A DNA stretch of 64,000 nucleotides from Bacteroidales bacterium (GTDB lineage: Bacteria > Bacteroidota > Bacteroidia > Bacteroidales > UBA3824): NCBI GenBank assembly GCA_045597465.1, contig JAZLKG010000057.1, positions 21,979 through 85,978 of the forward strand, given 5' to 3'. How positions within the stretch are numbered: the first letter of the stretch is position 1; every line of letters starts with the position of its first letter. Shown piece after piece: positions 1-9,307 of this stretch. Under the pieces are notes generated by a model, which was not told where the DNA came from, ran no database searches, and was given only the letters and a program-made list of their open reading frames with translations. Position numbers and translations under genes: made by a program.

Positions 1-576
1 ATGCCATTCTCCGTTCTTATCAACAAAAATTGCACACCGAAGAAATGCCACTACAATAGATGCTACCATTCCTAACAAGGTAGGATGGTGCGCAATGTCT
101 TCCAAATGATGCAATCTCGGACTAGAAACGTTGCTTGGGTTGTCGTTATCAACCTTAAATTCGCCTTCCAAAAAATCAATAGCGCCTTGCAGTCTATTAC
201 CGCCCTTTTCTTTATCACCCTCGTATCCGTGAACATTTGCAAATTTTTCAATAAACTTATTTACAATCTTATGCGCTTCTCCCTTTAATTGACCAAAATC
301 AGATATACCCACAAAAAAAGAGTCAATCAAACCACACAATATTCCTGAACTTGCAGCAACGGCATAATCCAAGCCGTCAGCCTTATTGGTAAGTCTGTCT
401 ATCTCTTTGCTGAGCTTATCAATTTCTTGAAATCTTTTATCAAGTCGGGAGTCTATATATTCGAGTTCCTCACGATATGGATTATCATCCGCATAAGAAA
501 CTATCTCAAATTCCACGTCTTGAACATCATCACAATCACATTGCTGTTTGAATTTGACTATTTCGTTTTCTTTCAT
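1..576 (-). CDS. hypothetical protein, first 192 codons (ORF runs off the window start)
   Basis: ATG at 574-576 on the minus strand is followed by 192 sense codons with no stop down to position 1 (MKENEIVKFKQQCDCDD...). It is absent from the supplied track because no stop lies inside the window. No family recognised. Confidence 0.5.
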   Translation of the reverse strand, partial: MKENEIVKFKQQCDCDDVQDVEFEIVSYADDNPYREELEYIDSRLDKRFQEIDKLSKEIDRLTNKADGLDYAVAASSGILCGLIDSFFVGISDFGQLKGEAHKIVNKFIEKFANVHGYEGDKEKGGNRLQGAIDFLEGEFKVDNDNPSNVSSPRLHHLEDIAHHPTLLGMVASIVVAFLRCAIFVDKNGEWH

Positions 577-1051
577 TTACAATATTGTATTGCAATCACG
601 AAATCAATAAAAGAAAGGAAATCCTGCTACACATCCGTCCACACCCATTTAATAGAAATGAAAAAACAAAAAGGGTATGAACAACATCCAATCGCATCAG
701 CGGGAGACTAGGAAATCCGCTAAGAAAACAAAGATTTGCCCACACCCAACTCGGTGCAGACATATAAATTGTTTTCTTATTATGCAGTCTTCTCCCAATC
801 AGCAAGCGATTGGATTGCCGTGTAACTAATTCTACATTAGAATAAAGGTTCCTAGTCTTCTTCTTGATGCGATTAAGTTAATGTCGTATGTTCGCAATAC
901 GGGGCATTTCAGTTTCTGAAATACTTCGTACTACATTGCAAATATAGAAACTTAATTTATGAAAAACAAAACTAACAAGGGATTTTTTTTGAAGAAAATG
1001 CGATGCCTCCAGGGGAGAGCCCCAAAATTTCATATTCAGAAACTTTTTATC

Positions 1052-1666
1052 TTATATCATCTTTAGCACATTGGTAATGGACTCCACAGAAAAAGGCTCT
1101 GCATTGGAAAACGCCGAAACTTTGCCATTTTTCTTTATGTAGTATGAGAATGTCTTGCTTCCCAAGTTGATCATAGCATCCGCGCCAATGCCTCGCAAAA
1201 AAGCCGTGCCATTTACGTTTGGCGAGATTTTCCATTTGCCGGCCACACTGTCCGGAATAGCGTCTATCACGGATACACAATTATTGTATACCATCTCGCT
1301 GAGAGGGACAGCATCTTCACCGTCCCAACCTTCTGGATACGACAGGTATTTCCGCAACGACGACATCATCTTGCTTTTGGCAGAAGAAGTTTCCAAGGCT
1401 TCCAGCACCCCCTCCCACGTATCTGTGGAATATGGATTTCGTAAGTTGGAGAAATATGTCTTGAACTCTACACAGTCGCGTTTCTTGTCGTAATAAAGGA
1501 AACCTATGATATTAGAGAGTTCATTGTCTTCATCGCTCTCCCTTACTTTATTGAAGAAACGACGAATCCTGTTCTCCACAGGTGTCTTGAACGACAGACT
1601 TTGGAGAATTGACTTTACTATCGGAATCAATTCCGTGTTATGTTCTATTGTTGAAGGATCTCTCAT
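1052..1666 (-). CDS. hypothetical protein (204 aa)
   Basis: Complete ORF in the track (MRDPSTIEHNTELIPIVKS...). Same strand as the partial ORF at 1-576, which lies about 475 nt downstream of it. No signal peptide and no recognised motif. Confidence 0.55.
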   Translation of the reverse strand: MRDPSTIEHNTELIPIVKSILQSLSFKTPVENRIRRFFNKVRESDEDNELSNIIGFLYYDKKRDCVEFKTYFSNLRNPYSTDTWEGVLEALETSSAKSKMMSSLRKYLSYPEGWDGEDAVPLSEMVYNNCVSVIDAIPDSVAGKWKISPNVNGTAFLRGIGADAMINLGSKTFSYYIKKNGKVSAFSNAEPFSVESITNVLKMI

Positions 1667-1814
1667 TTCATCAAAATGTTTACTGTTATTTTCGGCAAAT
1701 ATAATTCTTTTGAATGGATTCTCAAAATGTTTTTTTTGGGAATTCTCCCTCCTCCCTCCTTTGTTTTCATCCGAAAATTTATTATATTTGCCCGCTAATA
1801 AAAATCACAAGAAT

Positions 1815-4658
1815 ATGTCCGAAATTGAAGATGAGGCTCTGGACCTCGAGAACATCCACGTGTATGGCGCGAGGGTCCACAACCTGAAAAACATCGACGT
1901 TACAATACCACGAAACCAACTCACCGTAATCACCGGATTGTCGGGAAGCGGAAAGAGCTCACTGGCCTTCGACACCATCTTTGCCGAGGGACGCCGCAGG
2001 TATATGGAAACCTTCAACGCATACGCCCGTCAGTTTATGGGCGGTCTGGAGAGGCCCGACGTTGACAAAATCACTGGACTGAGCCCCGTAATCAGCATAG
2101 AGCAGAAATCCACCAACAAGAATCCCCGCTCCACAGTGGGCACCATCACCGAGATCTACGACTTCCTCCGACTCTGGTTCGCAAGGGCTGGTGAGGCCTT
2201 CAGCTACGAGACCGGCGAGAAAATGGTGCGCTACACCGAGGACCAGATTTGCCGGCTAATCACACAGCAGTACGGCGGCAAGAAGGTGGTGATATTAGCT
2301 CCCGTAATCAAAGGACGAAAGGGTCATTACCGCGAGCTTTTCGAGCAGATACGCCGAAAGGGATACATTCAGGTGCGCGTGGACGGCGATATCAAGGACA
2401 TAATCGTAAATATGAAAACCGACCGCTACAAGGTCCACAATATCGAGATTGTGGTGGATAAACTTGTGGTGCCCAAGGATTCGGAGACTGGCGGAGGCAT
2501 CGAGCGTCTGCGCGATTCAGTGAAGACCGCCCTCAACCTCGGCAAGGGAATCCTGATGCTACTCAACCACGAGACCGGCGAGGTGCGCCACTTCTCTAAA
2601 CTCTTAATGTGTCCCACAACGGGCATATCATACAAGGACCCCGCGCCGACAAACTTCTCATACAACTCGCCGTCAGGATTCTGCCCAACCTGCAAGGGCC
2701 TGGGAATCATCAACAAGATAGACGTTACCAAGGTGATCCCCAATCCCGAACTCTCGATAAAGAAGGGAGCCATAGCGCCGTTAGGGAAATATCAGGACAA
2801 CTTTGTATTCAAACAGTTGGAGGCATTGGCCGAGAGAGAGGGCTTCAGCCTCGACACACCATTCAAGGATATTCCGGCTGAGGCGCAGGATATGGTACTC
2901 AACGGAAGCGCCGAGCCATTGCACCTGGAGTGGATGAGAATGTACGGATCGTCGCAGTGCACCTACGACGGCGTGATGAAATACCTCGACAATGCCGCAG
3001 ACGACGAGGACACCGCCGACCTGGCCCTCAAATATTCAGCCGAGTGCGAATGTCCTGAGTGTCAGGGCCGACGACTCAACAAGGAAGCCCTCAGCTACAG
3101 GATTGCCGACAAGAATATCGCTGAGCTCTCAACTATGGACATTGAGGATTTGGGCGAGTTTCTGGCAGGCGTGGATGATAAGTTGACTACCAAACAGAAA
3201 AAGATTTCCACCGAGATACTCAAGGAGATAAAGACCCGCGTGGGATTTATGCACGACGTGGGATTGGATTACCTCAGCCTTTTCCGCACGGCCCAAAGCC
3301 TCTCTGGAGGCGAGGCTCAGCGCATCAGGCTTGCCACACAAATTGGATCCAAGTTGGTAAACGTGCTTTACATTCTCGACGAGCCGAGCATTGGTCTGCA
3401 TCAGCGCGACAACGACAAGCTGATAAACTCGCTGAAGACCCTCCGCGACGCGGGCAACTCAATAGTGGTTGTGGAGCACGACAAGGATATGATAAAAAAC
3501 GCTGACTACGTGATAGATATAGGCCCTGGCGCAGGACGCTTGGGCGGAAAACTCGTGGCGGCGTGCACACCTCAGGAACTGGTGAAGTTAGATACCAAAA
3601 CCGCGCAATACATAAACGGAACCCTCGACGTGGAACTTCCTCCACAGCGTCGCGAGGGCAACGGCAAATTCCTGACTATCAAGGGTTGCCGAGGAAACAA
3701 CCTCAAGAACGTGGACCTTACGATTCCGCTCGGCAAAATGGTGCTCGTAACGGGAGTATCAGGCTCGGGAAAATCCACAATAATCAACGAGACCCTGCGT
3801 CCGATACTCACTCAGAAATTCTACCGCTCGCTTCAGATTCCCAAGGAATACGATTCCATAGAGGGCATCGAGAATATCGACAAGGTGATAGAGGTGAATC
3901 AGGACGCCATTGGACGCACTCCAAGGAGCAATCCGTGTACCTACACCAATCTTTTTGCTGATATCCGCGCGCTCTACGCCGAACTTCCGCAGTCCAAGAT
4001 AATGGGCTACAAGCCTGGCCGTTTCAGTTTCAACGTGAAGGGCGGACGCTGCGAGGAATGTCAGGGAGCGGGCGTAAAGACCATCGAGATGAATTTCCTT
4101 CCCGACGTTTACGTGAAGTGCGACGCCTGTGCCGGCCGACGCTACAACCGTGAGACTCTGGAGGTTAAGTACAAGGGCAAGTCTATTTCCGACGTTTTGG
4201 ATATGACCATAAACCGCGCCGCCGAGTTCTTCGAGAATGTCCCAAAGATTCTCAAGAAACTTAAGGCCTTGCAGAATGTGGGAATGGGTTACGTAACCCT
4301 CGGACAATCTGCCACAACGCTCTCAGGCGGTGAGGCCCAGCGCATTAAGCTCGCCACCGAGCTCGCCAAGACCGATACAGGCAAGACTCTCTACATTCTC
4401 GACGAGCCCACCACAGGTCTCCACCTCGAGGATATCCGCGTCCTTATGCGCGTGCTCAACGCACTGGTCGACAAGGGCAACACCGTCCTCATCATCGAGC
4501 ACAACCTCGACGTTGTAAAGTCAGCCGACTACATTATCGATATGGGTCCCGAGGGCGGCAAAGGCGGCGGCCAGATAATAGCCCAAGGCACTCCCGAGGA
4601 GATTGTAGCTAATGGCGTGGGATACACGGCCAAGTATCTGAAGGGAGAGCTGAGGTAA
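1815..4658 (+). CDS. uvrA: excinuclease ABC subunit UvrA
   Basis: In-frame ATG at 1815 gives MSEIEDEALDLENIHVYGARVHNLKN... Two ABC modules (GLSGSGKSS and GVSGSGKST Walker A, LSGGEAQR signatures) and CxxC zinc modules. The 103 codons upstream in the tracked ORF are low-complexity and unlike UvrA. Confidence 0.97.
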   Translation: MSEIEDEALDLENIHVYGARVHNLKNIDVTIPRNQLTVITGLSGSGKSSLAFDTIFAEGRRRYMETFNAYARQFMGGLERPDVDKITGLSPVISIEQKSTNKNPRSTVGTITEIYDFLRLWFARAGEAFSYETGEKMVRYTEDQICRLITQQYGGKKVVILAPVIKGRKGHYRELFEQIRRKGYIQVRVDGDIKDIIVNMKTDRYKVHNIEIVVDKLVVPKDSETGGGIERLRDSVKTALNLGKGILMLLNHETGEVRHFSKLLMCPTTGISYKDPAPTNFSYNSPSGFCPTCKGLGIINKIDVTKVIPNPELSIKKGAIAPLGKYQDNFVFKQLEALAEREGFSLDTPFKDIPAEAQDMVLNGSAEPLHLEWMRMYGSSQCTYDGVMKYLDNAADDEDTADLALKYSAECECPECQGRRLNKEALSYRIADKNIAELSTMDIEDLGEFLAGVDDKLTTKQKKISTEILKEIKTRVGFMHDVGLDYLSLFRTAQSLSGGEAQRIRLATQIGSKLVNVLYILDEPSIGLHQRDNDKLINSLKTLRDAGNSIVVVEHDKDMIKNADYVIDIGPGAGRLGGKLVAACTPQELVKLDTKTAQYINGTLDVELPPQRREGNGKFLTIKGCRGNNLKNVDLTIPLGKMVLVTGVSGSGKSTIINETLRPILTQKFYRSLQIPKEYDSIEGIENIDKVIEVNQDAIGRTPRSNPCTYTNLFADIRALYAELPQSKIMGYKPGRFSFNVKGGRCEECQGAGVKTIEMNFLPDVYVKCDACAGRRYNRETLEVKYKGKSISDVLDMTINRAAEFFENVPKILKKLKALQNVGMGYVTLGQSATTLSGGEAQRIKLATELAKTDTGKTLYILDEPTTGLHLEDIRVLMRVLNALVDKGNTVLIIEHNLDVVKSADYIIDMGPEGGKGGGQIIAQGTPEEIVANGVGYTAKYLKGELR

Positions 4659-4664
4659 AAGAAA

Positions 4665-4723
4665 CGCACAAAAAAAACTATCTTCTGAAATTGCATTTTT
4701 CGGAAGATAGTTTTTTTTGTGCG
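4665..4723. terminator. bidirectional hairpin terminator between uvrA and the convergent lipoprotein gene
   Basis: CGCACAAAAAAAACTATCTTC (4665-4685) is the reverse complement of GAAGATAGTTTTTTTTGTGCG (4703-4723). The stem carries A/T runs on both sides. Confidence 0.7.
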
Positions 4724-4734
4724 CATCAGAGTCC

Positions 4735-5160
4735 CTACTTCTTTCTCTTGAAATGTCGGAAATCAGACCCGACGGTTCCCTTTGCAAACGAAGTTCCTAC
4801 CATTTGCCATTCCATCTCATCCTTGGTGAGTTTTGTGATATTGTAGTCCCTTCCAGGATTTTTGTCTGACAATTCGGCGTCGAGATGGATTACATTTTCC
4901 TCTATTCGATATGACCTTGTATGATAGCTGTCTCCTGCAAAAATATCATAAACGTGTACGTCCACATTGTTGTCAGCCTTGAAATTCCACTCTAAGAAAC
5001 CATCCTGCATAAAGTATGGATATTCCTCGTAGGTCTCAGCCCATTCTCCAATGATATTTTCCTGATTGATAGTCATATCATCATCCTTGTTGCATCCAGA
5101 GGACGCAACCGCAACTGCGCAAATTGCGCATGCGTACATTGTATTTGTAAATCTGTTCAT
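4735..5160 (-). CDS. small lipoprotein, function unknown
   Basis: 141 aa. SpII-type signal ending in a lipobox (AVASSGC NKDD). Confidence 0.7.
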   Translation of the reverse strand: MNRFTNTMYACAICAVAVASSGCNKDDDMTINQENIIGEWAETYEEYPYFMQDGFLEWNFKADNNVDVHVYDIFAGDSYHTRSYRIEENVIHLDAELSDKNPGRDYNITKLTKDEMEWQMVGTSFAKGTVGSDFRHFKRKK

Positions 5161-5205
5161 AGTGTAATTTTTAATTTCGTATATTTTCGGTTAGTTTTAT
5201 CACCG

Positions 5206-5237
5206 CAAATTTACACATTTTCGAGGTTTGTGCAAAA
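5206..5237 (-). promoter_or_regulatory. Bacteroidota-type promoter (copy 1 of a 31-bp direct repeat), driving the lipoprotein gene
   Basis: Minus strand reads TTTG (5233-5236), 19 nt, TAAATTTG (5206-5213), about 45 nt upstream of the ATG at 5160. Positions 5207-5237 are identical to 6969-6999. Confidence 0.6.
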
Positions 5238-5300
5238 AAAAGTATTCACAATACTCCCGCCAATATACAATATGCCGTCTTATCCCATAGCACTACTATT

Positions 5301-5374
5301 CATTCCGAAAAATGTTGCTGACAAGAAAAATACGTTCCAATTTTTGTGAAATTTTACATTTTTCGGAACGAATG
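5301..5374 (-). terminator. inverted repeat downstream of the ATPase gene (possible terminator)
   Basis: CATTCCGAAAAATGT (5301-5315) pairs with ACATTTTTCGGAACGAATG (5356-5374, 2-nt bulge). It lies between the ATPase stop and the next promoter. Confidence 0.3.
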
Positions 5375-5487
5375 ATTGTAGGATTTATAAAGTATCATAT
5401 TTGATACAAAGTTATCTGTTTTTTTATCAATCAGCCAAAATTATTTTGCTTGGGATTCGCAATGAAAGTGGACAAATCCCGATTTTT

Positions 5488-6765
5488 TTAATTCTTCAAA
5501 CAACCTACAGGCACCACCATTACACCATCGGGGCGCTTGTAGGCGAATTGTCCAACACCAGTAAGCACCATAAGAAAACTTGGGGCTTTCATCTTGTCTG
5601 TATCAATTTTTTTTGACAAGGAGATTAGGTTCTTCGCACCCTCATCTATAAGTTTGTCGCCCCCCAATTTTATCTCTATCAATGCGTAAGATCCGTTCCT
5701 AAGGTGGATTACGGCGTCACATTCCAATCCTGTTTTGTCGCGGTAATGATATACTTGTGCATCAATGGCATCGGCATAAACACGCAGGTCCCTCACACAC
5801 ATTGTCTCGAAGAGAAAGCCCATAGTGTTGAGGTCGTTGATCAAATCCTTGGGGGACAAACCCAAAGCGGCCACAGCAATGGATGGATCTACAAAATAAC
5901 GTGTATCAGCACTCCTGATGGCAGTTTTTGAACGCAAGTTTGGATTCCATGCGGTCATATCCTCTATTACAAAAATCTTTTTGAGAGCATTGATATAGTC
6001 ATAAATAGTGTTTTCCGACAAGTTCTTTGTGTCGTTGTTTTGCATATCCTGCATTATCATATTCAGCGAAGTCTGAGTGCCTTGATTCCTTGAATATGAA
6101 CGCATCAGCAGTTTTGCCCTTTCAACATTTCTGTTGGTGTTGTCTGCTCTGGAGATATCGGACTCCACAATGGCGTCGTAATAATCGAAAGCCAGAGAAA
6201 GGGCGTCCTCCCCATCAAGGAAAGTAGCACTTGGCCATCCGCCCCTGCATATCAGGAAGGCCAAAGTTTCAAGGTTGATATCCGCAATGCCTTTCAATTG
6301 AATATCCTTATTGCCAAACAGCTCTTCGATACTTACAGTGCCCGAAGATTCTCCGGATTCGAACAGCGACATTGGACGCATTGTAAGTTTCGAGAACCGT
6401 CCTGTGCCAGTGTGATGGATATCTTCGGAAGATGGAGGCACGGCAGATCCAGTAAGGATGAATTGGCCTGGCTCGTCACGCATATCCACCTCGTATCTTA
6501 TTGCGTCCCAAAGTTTTGGAGCCAACTGCCATTCGTCAATCAGTCGAGGAGTTTTGCCTAAGAGCAGAGATTGTATGTCCACTTCTGCCATACTGAGATT
6601 TTTGGCTTGAACCTTTGGGTCGGCCATATATAACGAACTTTTTGCAATCATCTTGCTGGTCGTTGTTTTTCCACACCATTTAGGTCCTTGCACCAGAACG
6701 GCACCAATCCGTCTTAACTTCTTGGCTAATAATGCGTCTGCTATTCGTACTTTATATTTTTTCAT
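5488..6765 (-). CDS. AAA-family ATP-binding protein (AAA_14 / DUF4143-type architecture)
   Basis: 425 aa. Walker A GPKWCGKTT near the N-terminus. Overall layout and C-terminal region resemble the widespread 'ATPase, DUF4143' family. AT-rich relative to its flanks. Confidence 0.8.
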   Translation of the reverse strand: MKKYKVRIADALLAKKLRRIGAVLVQGPKWCGKTTTSKMIAKSSLYMADPKVQAKNLSMAEVDIQSLLLGKTPRLIDEWQLAPKLWDAIRYEVDMRDEPGQFILTGSAVPPSSEDIHHTGTGRFSKLTMRPMSLFESGESSGTVSIEELFGNKDIQLKGIADINLETLAFLICRGGWPSATFLDGEDALSLAFDYYDAIVESDISRADNTNRNVERAKLLMRSYSRNQGTQTSLNMIMQDMQNNDTKNLSENTIYDYINALKKIFVIEDMTAWNPNLRSKTAIRSADTRYFVDPSIAVAALGLSPKDLINDLNTMGFLFETMCVRDLRVYADAIDAQVYHYRDKTGLECDAVIHLRNGSYALIEIKLGGDKLIDEGAKNLISLSKKIDTDKMKAPSFLMVLTGVGQFAYKRPDGVMVVPVGCLKN

Positions 6766-6814
6766 ATTATTGTTGTCTGATTTTCAGTTGCAAAGATAGT
6801 AAAATTATTTAATT

Positions 6815-6906
6815 ATTGAGGAATTTGGACAAATTTTATTGAGGAATTTGGACAAATTTCATTGAGGAATTTGGCCGTAATTTATTGAGGAATTTGGCCG
6901 TTTTTT
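6815..6906. repeat. four tandem 23-bp direct repeats (iteron-like)
   Basis: ATTGAGGAATTTGGACAAATTTT x2 then ATTGAGGAATTTGGCCGTAATTT / ATTGAGGAATTTGGCCGTTTTTT, starting at 6815, 6838, 6861 and 6884. Located 50-140 nt upstream of the ATPase start codon. Confidence 0.9.
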
Positions 6907-6967
6907 TTGTTTTTCCACTCCAATAATCTCTCATAAATTTTGCGTCTCATTTTCAATACCTTATAAA

Positions 6968-6999
6968 AAAATTTACACATTTTCGAGGTTTGTGCAAAA
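6968..6999 (-). promoter_or_regulatory. copy 2 of the 31-bp promoter repeat, oriented toward the ATPase gene
   Basis: Identical 31 bp (6969-6999). Minus strand reads TTTG (6995-6998), 19 nt, TAAATTTT (6968-6975), so the -7 box is one base off consensus. Confidence 0.5.
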
Positions 7000-7103
7000 C
7001 TTTCTCATTTATTTCCGTACTTGTTTTTTTTGTCATTTGCAAATACTATATTGCACAATTACAAAAAATCATTATCTTTGCGTCATTACCACAAAACTAA
7101 TTT

Positions 7104-9158
7104 ATGAAGACAATGAAGAAAAAGAAACTCCTTTCTCTTGCATTGGGTATGGCCGCAATGCTTTCGGCCAATGCCCAGAATCCTTATCTCCCTCTCTGGG
7201 AGCATGTGCCTGATGGTGAGCCCCGAGTATTCGAGGATCCTGACAATCCAGGCAAGATGAGAGCGTATATCATCGGCTCTCACGACGTTAAGTACAACGG
7301 ATACTGCGGACCTGATATCCGTATGTGGTCGGCACCCGTTGAGGACCTCTCGCAGTGGCGCGATGAGGGCAGTATCTTCAAGTATTACATTGACGGACAG
7401 TGGGATATAATGTTTGCCCCCGACCTCGTGGAGGTGTTCGACAAGAAGGCTGGCAAGAAGGTTTACTACCTCTATCCACACTCGCGCGGATGGCAGAGAG
7501 TGGCCACAGTATGCAAGGGCGACCGTCCAAACGGCCCCTTCACACCCATAAACCTCACTGAGGACGGCCACAAGTGCGTTGACGGCTCAATGATAGATTT
7601 CGACCCATCGGTATTCATCGAGCCAGTCACCAACAAGAAAGACCCAGACTTCGCCACTGGATTCCGTGCATACGTTTTCTACGGATTCCAGCACTCGACA
7701 GCCGCCGAGTTAGACCCAAACACAATGTACTCGGTACGTCCCGGCACTCAGATCCACGACTATTTTATCCCGGCATCAGCAGCCTACGGAAAGGTAAAGG
7801 ACCCCGAGGGCACCAAGTATCCGGCCCTCTACAAGGACCAGAACCCCGGCGAGTTCAACTTCTTTGAGGCATCATCTATCCGTCAGGTAGGCAACAAATA
7901 CGTGATGGTATTCTCGGGCTACAGCGGACCAGACTACGGACTCGGCTCCACAAACTCGGCACTGCGCTATGCCTACGGCGACACCCCACTCGGTCCTTGG
8001 AGATCGGGCGGTGTATTGGTGGACAGCCGCGGAGTGGTTCCAAACGAGGACGGCACCCATCTTGTAGGCCGCAACTCGGCTCACAACACCCACGGTTCGC
8101 TTCAGGAAATCAACGGTCAGTGGTACGTATTCTACCACCGCCCACCACGCGGATTCGGCAACGCACGTCAGACCATGGTGGCCCCTGTAAAGATTGTCTG
8201 GGACAAGAAGAAGGTGACTGTCGGCGGACAGGTTCGCATCACCGGCTACGACCCATACGCTCCCGACAACGAGTGGAAGGCTCAGGCCTCCAACGGAATG
8301 TGCTATACCGGTGCTGAGGTTACCTCCGAGGGATTCCAGATCTACGGTCTGCCTCCTTACAAATATTACTCGGCTGGTATTGCGGCCTACATGAGCGACC
8401 AGCAGTGGATGCAGGACAATCACGACAACTGGAGCAACCACATGGATCTCGCAGGCATCAAGAACGGCGGAATCGTGGGATTCAACTACTTCGGTTTCGA
8501 GGGTCTTGTAGCTGACTCTAAGGGTGTTAAAGCCTTCTCTGGAACAAAGCCCGGCGACGACGCCACTCTCTGCCTCAACCTCACTCCAAGAGTGAAGGAT
8601 GCTTTCAAGATTCACGTAATGATAGACGGCCCATACGCCAACAGCACCTGGAAGGGCAAGGAACTCGGCGTTATCGAGGTACCTGCCAACTCGGCAGAGC
8701 GTCCAGCAATGTACACACTCGCCACTCCTCAGGTGGAGGGCCTCAAGGGCAAGCACGCCATCTACCTCGTAGTGGAGGGTCCCGAGGTAAAGGAGCCTGA
8801 GATGCCAGCCTGGGCACGCCGCCAGGGTCCACAGCGTCCAATAGGACTCATGGATCTCCACGGCATCGGCTTCCAGAGCAACGACACCAAGATTGCGCGT
8901 CCAGAGGTTCCACAGGTCACCATCAAGGCCGACGGAGTGCGCCTACAGATACCTGCCACACCTATCTACTTCACCAATCAGAACGGATACGCCGAGGCCA
9001 ACCGCTATCAGGTTTACGGCAAGCTCTCTGATGCTTCCGTACTTGAGGCAACCTCCAACAATCCCGAGGTCAAGTTCCAGATAGGCAAGATAGCCGACGG
9101 CCGCGCCACCATCAAGGCCACCTACCAGGGTCAGGAGAAGATTTTCCTGATTAACTAA
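7104..9158 (+). CDS. secreted glycoside hydrolase, GH43-like five-bladed propeller with C-terminal beta-sandwich domain(s)
   Basis: 684 aa with a signal peptide (MAAMLSANAQ). The N-terminal NPYLPLWEHVPDGEPRVFEDPDN...IIGSHD pattern recalls Bacteroides GH43-type enzymes. Family assignment is from memory only. Confidence 0.6.
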   Translation: MKTMKKKKLLSLALGMAAMLSANAQNPYLPLWEHVPDGEPRVFEDPDNPGKMRAYIIGSHDVKYNGYCGPDIRMWSAPVEDLSQWRDEGSIFKYYIDGQWDIMFAPDLVEVFDKKAGKKVYYLYPHSRGWQRVATVCKGDRPNGPFTPINLTEDGHKCVDGSMIDFDPSVFIEPVTNKKDPDFATGFRAYVFYGFQHSTAAELDPNTMYSVRPGTQIHDYFIPASAAYGKVKDPEGTKYPALYKDQNPGEFNFFEASSIRQVGNKYVMVFSGYSGPDYGLGSTNSALRYAYGDTPLGPWRSGGVLVDSRGVVPNEDGTHLVGRNSAHNTHGSLQEINGQWYVFYHRPPRGFGNARQTMVAPVKIVWDKKKVTVGGQVRITGYDPYAPDNEWKAQASNGMCYTGAEVTSEGFQIYGLPPYKYYSAGIAAYMSDQQWMQDNHDNWSNHMDLAGIKNGGIVGFNYFGFEGLVADSKGVKAFSGTKPGDDATLCLNLTPRVKDAFKIHVMIDGPYANSTWKGKELGVIEVPANSAERPAMYTLATPQVEGLKGKHAIYLVVEGPEVKEPEMPAWARRQGPQRPIGLMDLHGIGFQSNDTKIARPEVPQVTIKADGVRLQIPATPIYFTNQNGYAEANRYQVYGKLSDASVLEATSNNPEVKFQIGKIADGRATIKATYQGQEKIFLIN

Positions 9159-9190
9159 CAAATTACAGATTCTCATACAATACTTAGAAA

Positions 9191-9226
9191 AGCCATCGCT
9201 TTCAGATGAGAGCGACGGCTTTTTTT
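9191..9226 (+). terminator. rho-independent terminator after the GH43-like gene
   Basis: AGCCATCGCT (9191-9200) pairs with AGCGACGGCT (9211-9220, one mismatch), followed by T6. Confidence 0.7.
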
Positions 9227-9239
9227 GTACAAAATAATT

Positions 9240-9280
9240 TTTTGCCCAATTCCCGCAAATACATTATCTTTGTAGCAATC
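9240..9280 (+). promoter_or_regulatory. 40-bp promoter cassette, copy 1
   Basis: TTTTGCCCAATTCCCGCAAATACATTATCTTTGTAGCAATC. TTTG at 9241-9244 and TATCTTTG at 9265-9272 (20-nt spacer) match the Bacteroides -33/-7 consensus. ATG follows at 9308. Confidence 0.75.
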
Positions 9281-9307
9281 AAAAAATCCATAAATCGAAA
9301 ATCAAAA

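Noticed and set aside
1506-1814. 103-codon N-terminal extension of the uvrA ORF in the six-frame track
   Set aside because: The extension is low-complexity (Leu/Ser/Phe-rich) and overlaps the antisense gene at 1052-1666. The canonical UvrA N-terminus starts at the ATG at 1815.
6815-6906. Possible CRISPR array
   Set aside because: The 23-bp units are directly abutting with no spacers. There are only four copies and no cas genes, so this is a tandem repeat, not a CRISPR array.
7872-8861. 329-aa minus-strand ORF, and other antisense ORFs inside the GH43-like gene
   Set aside because: It lies antisense inside a signal-peptide glycosidase gene and has reverse-frame composition.
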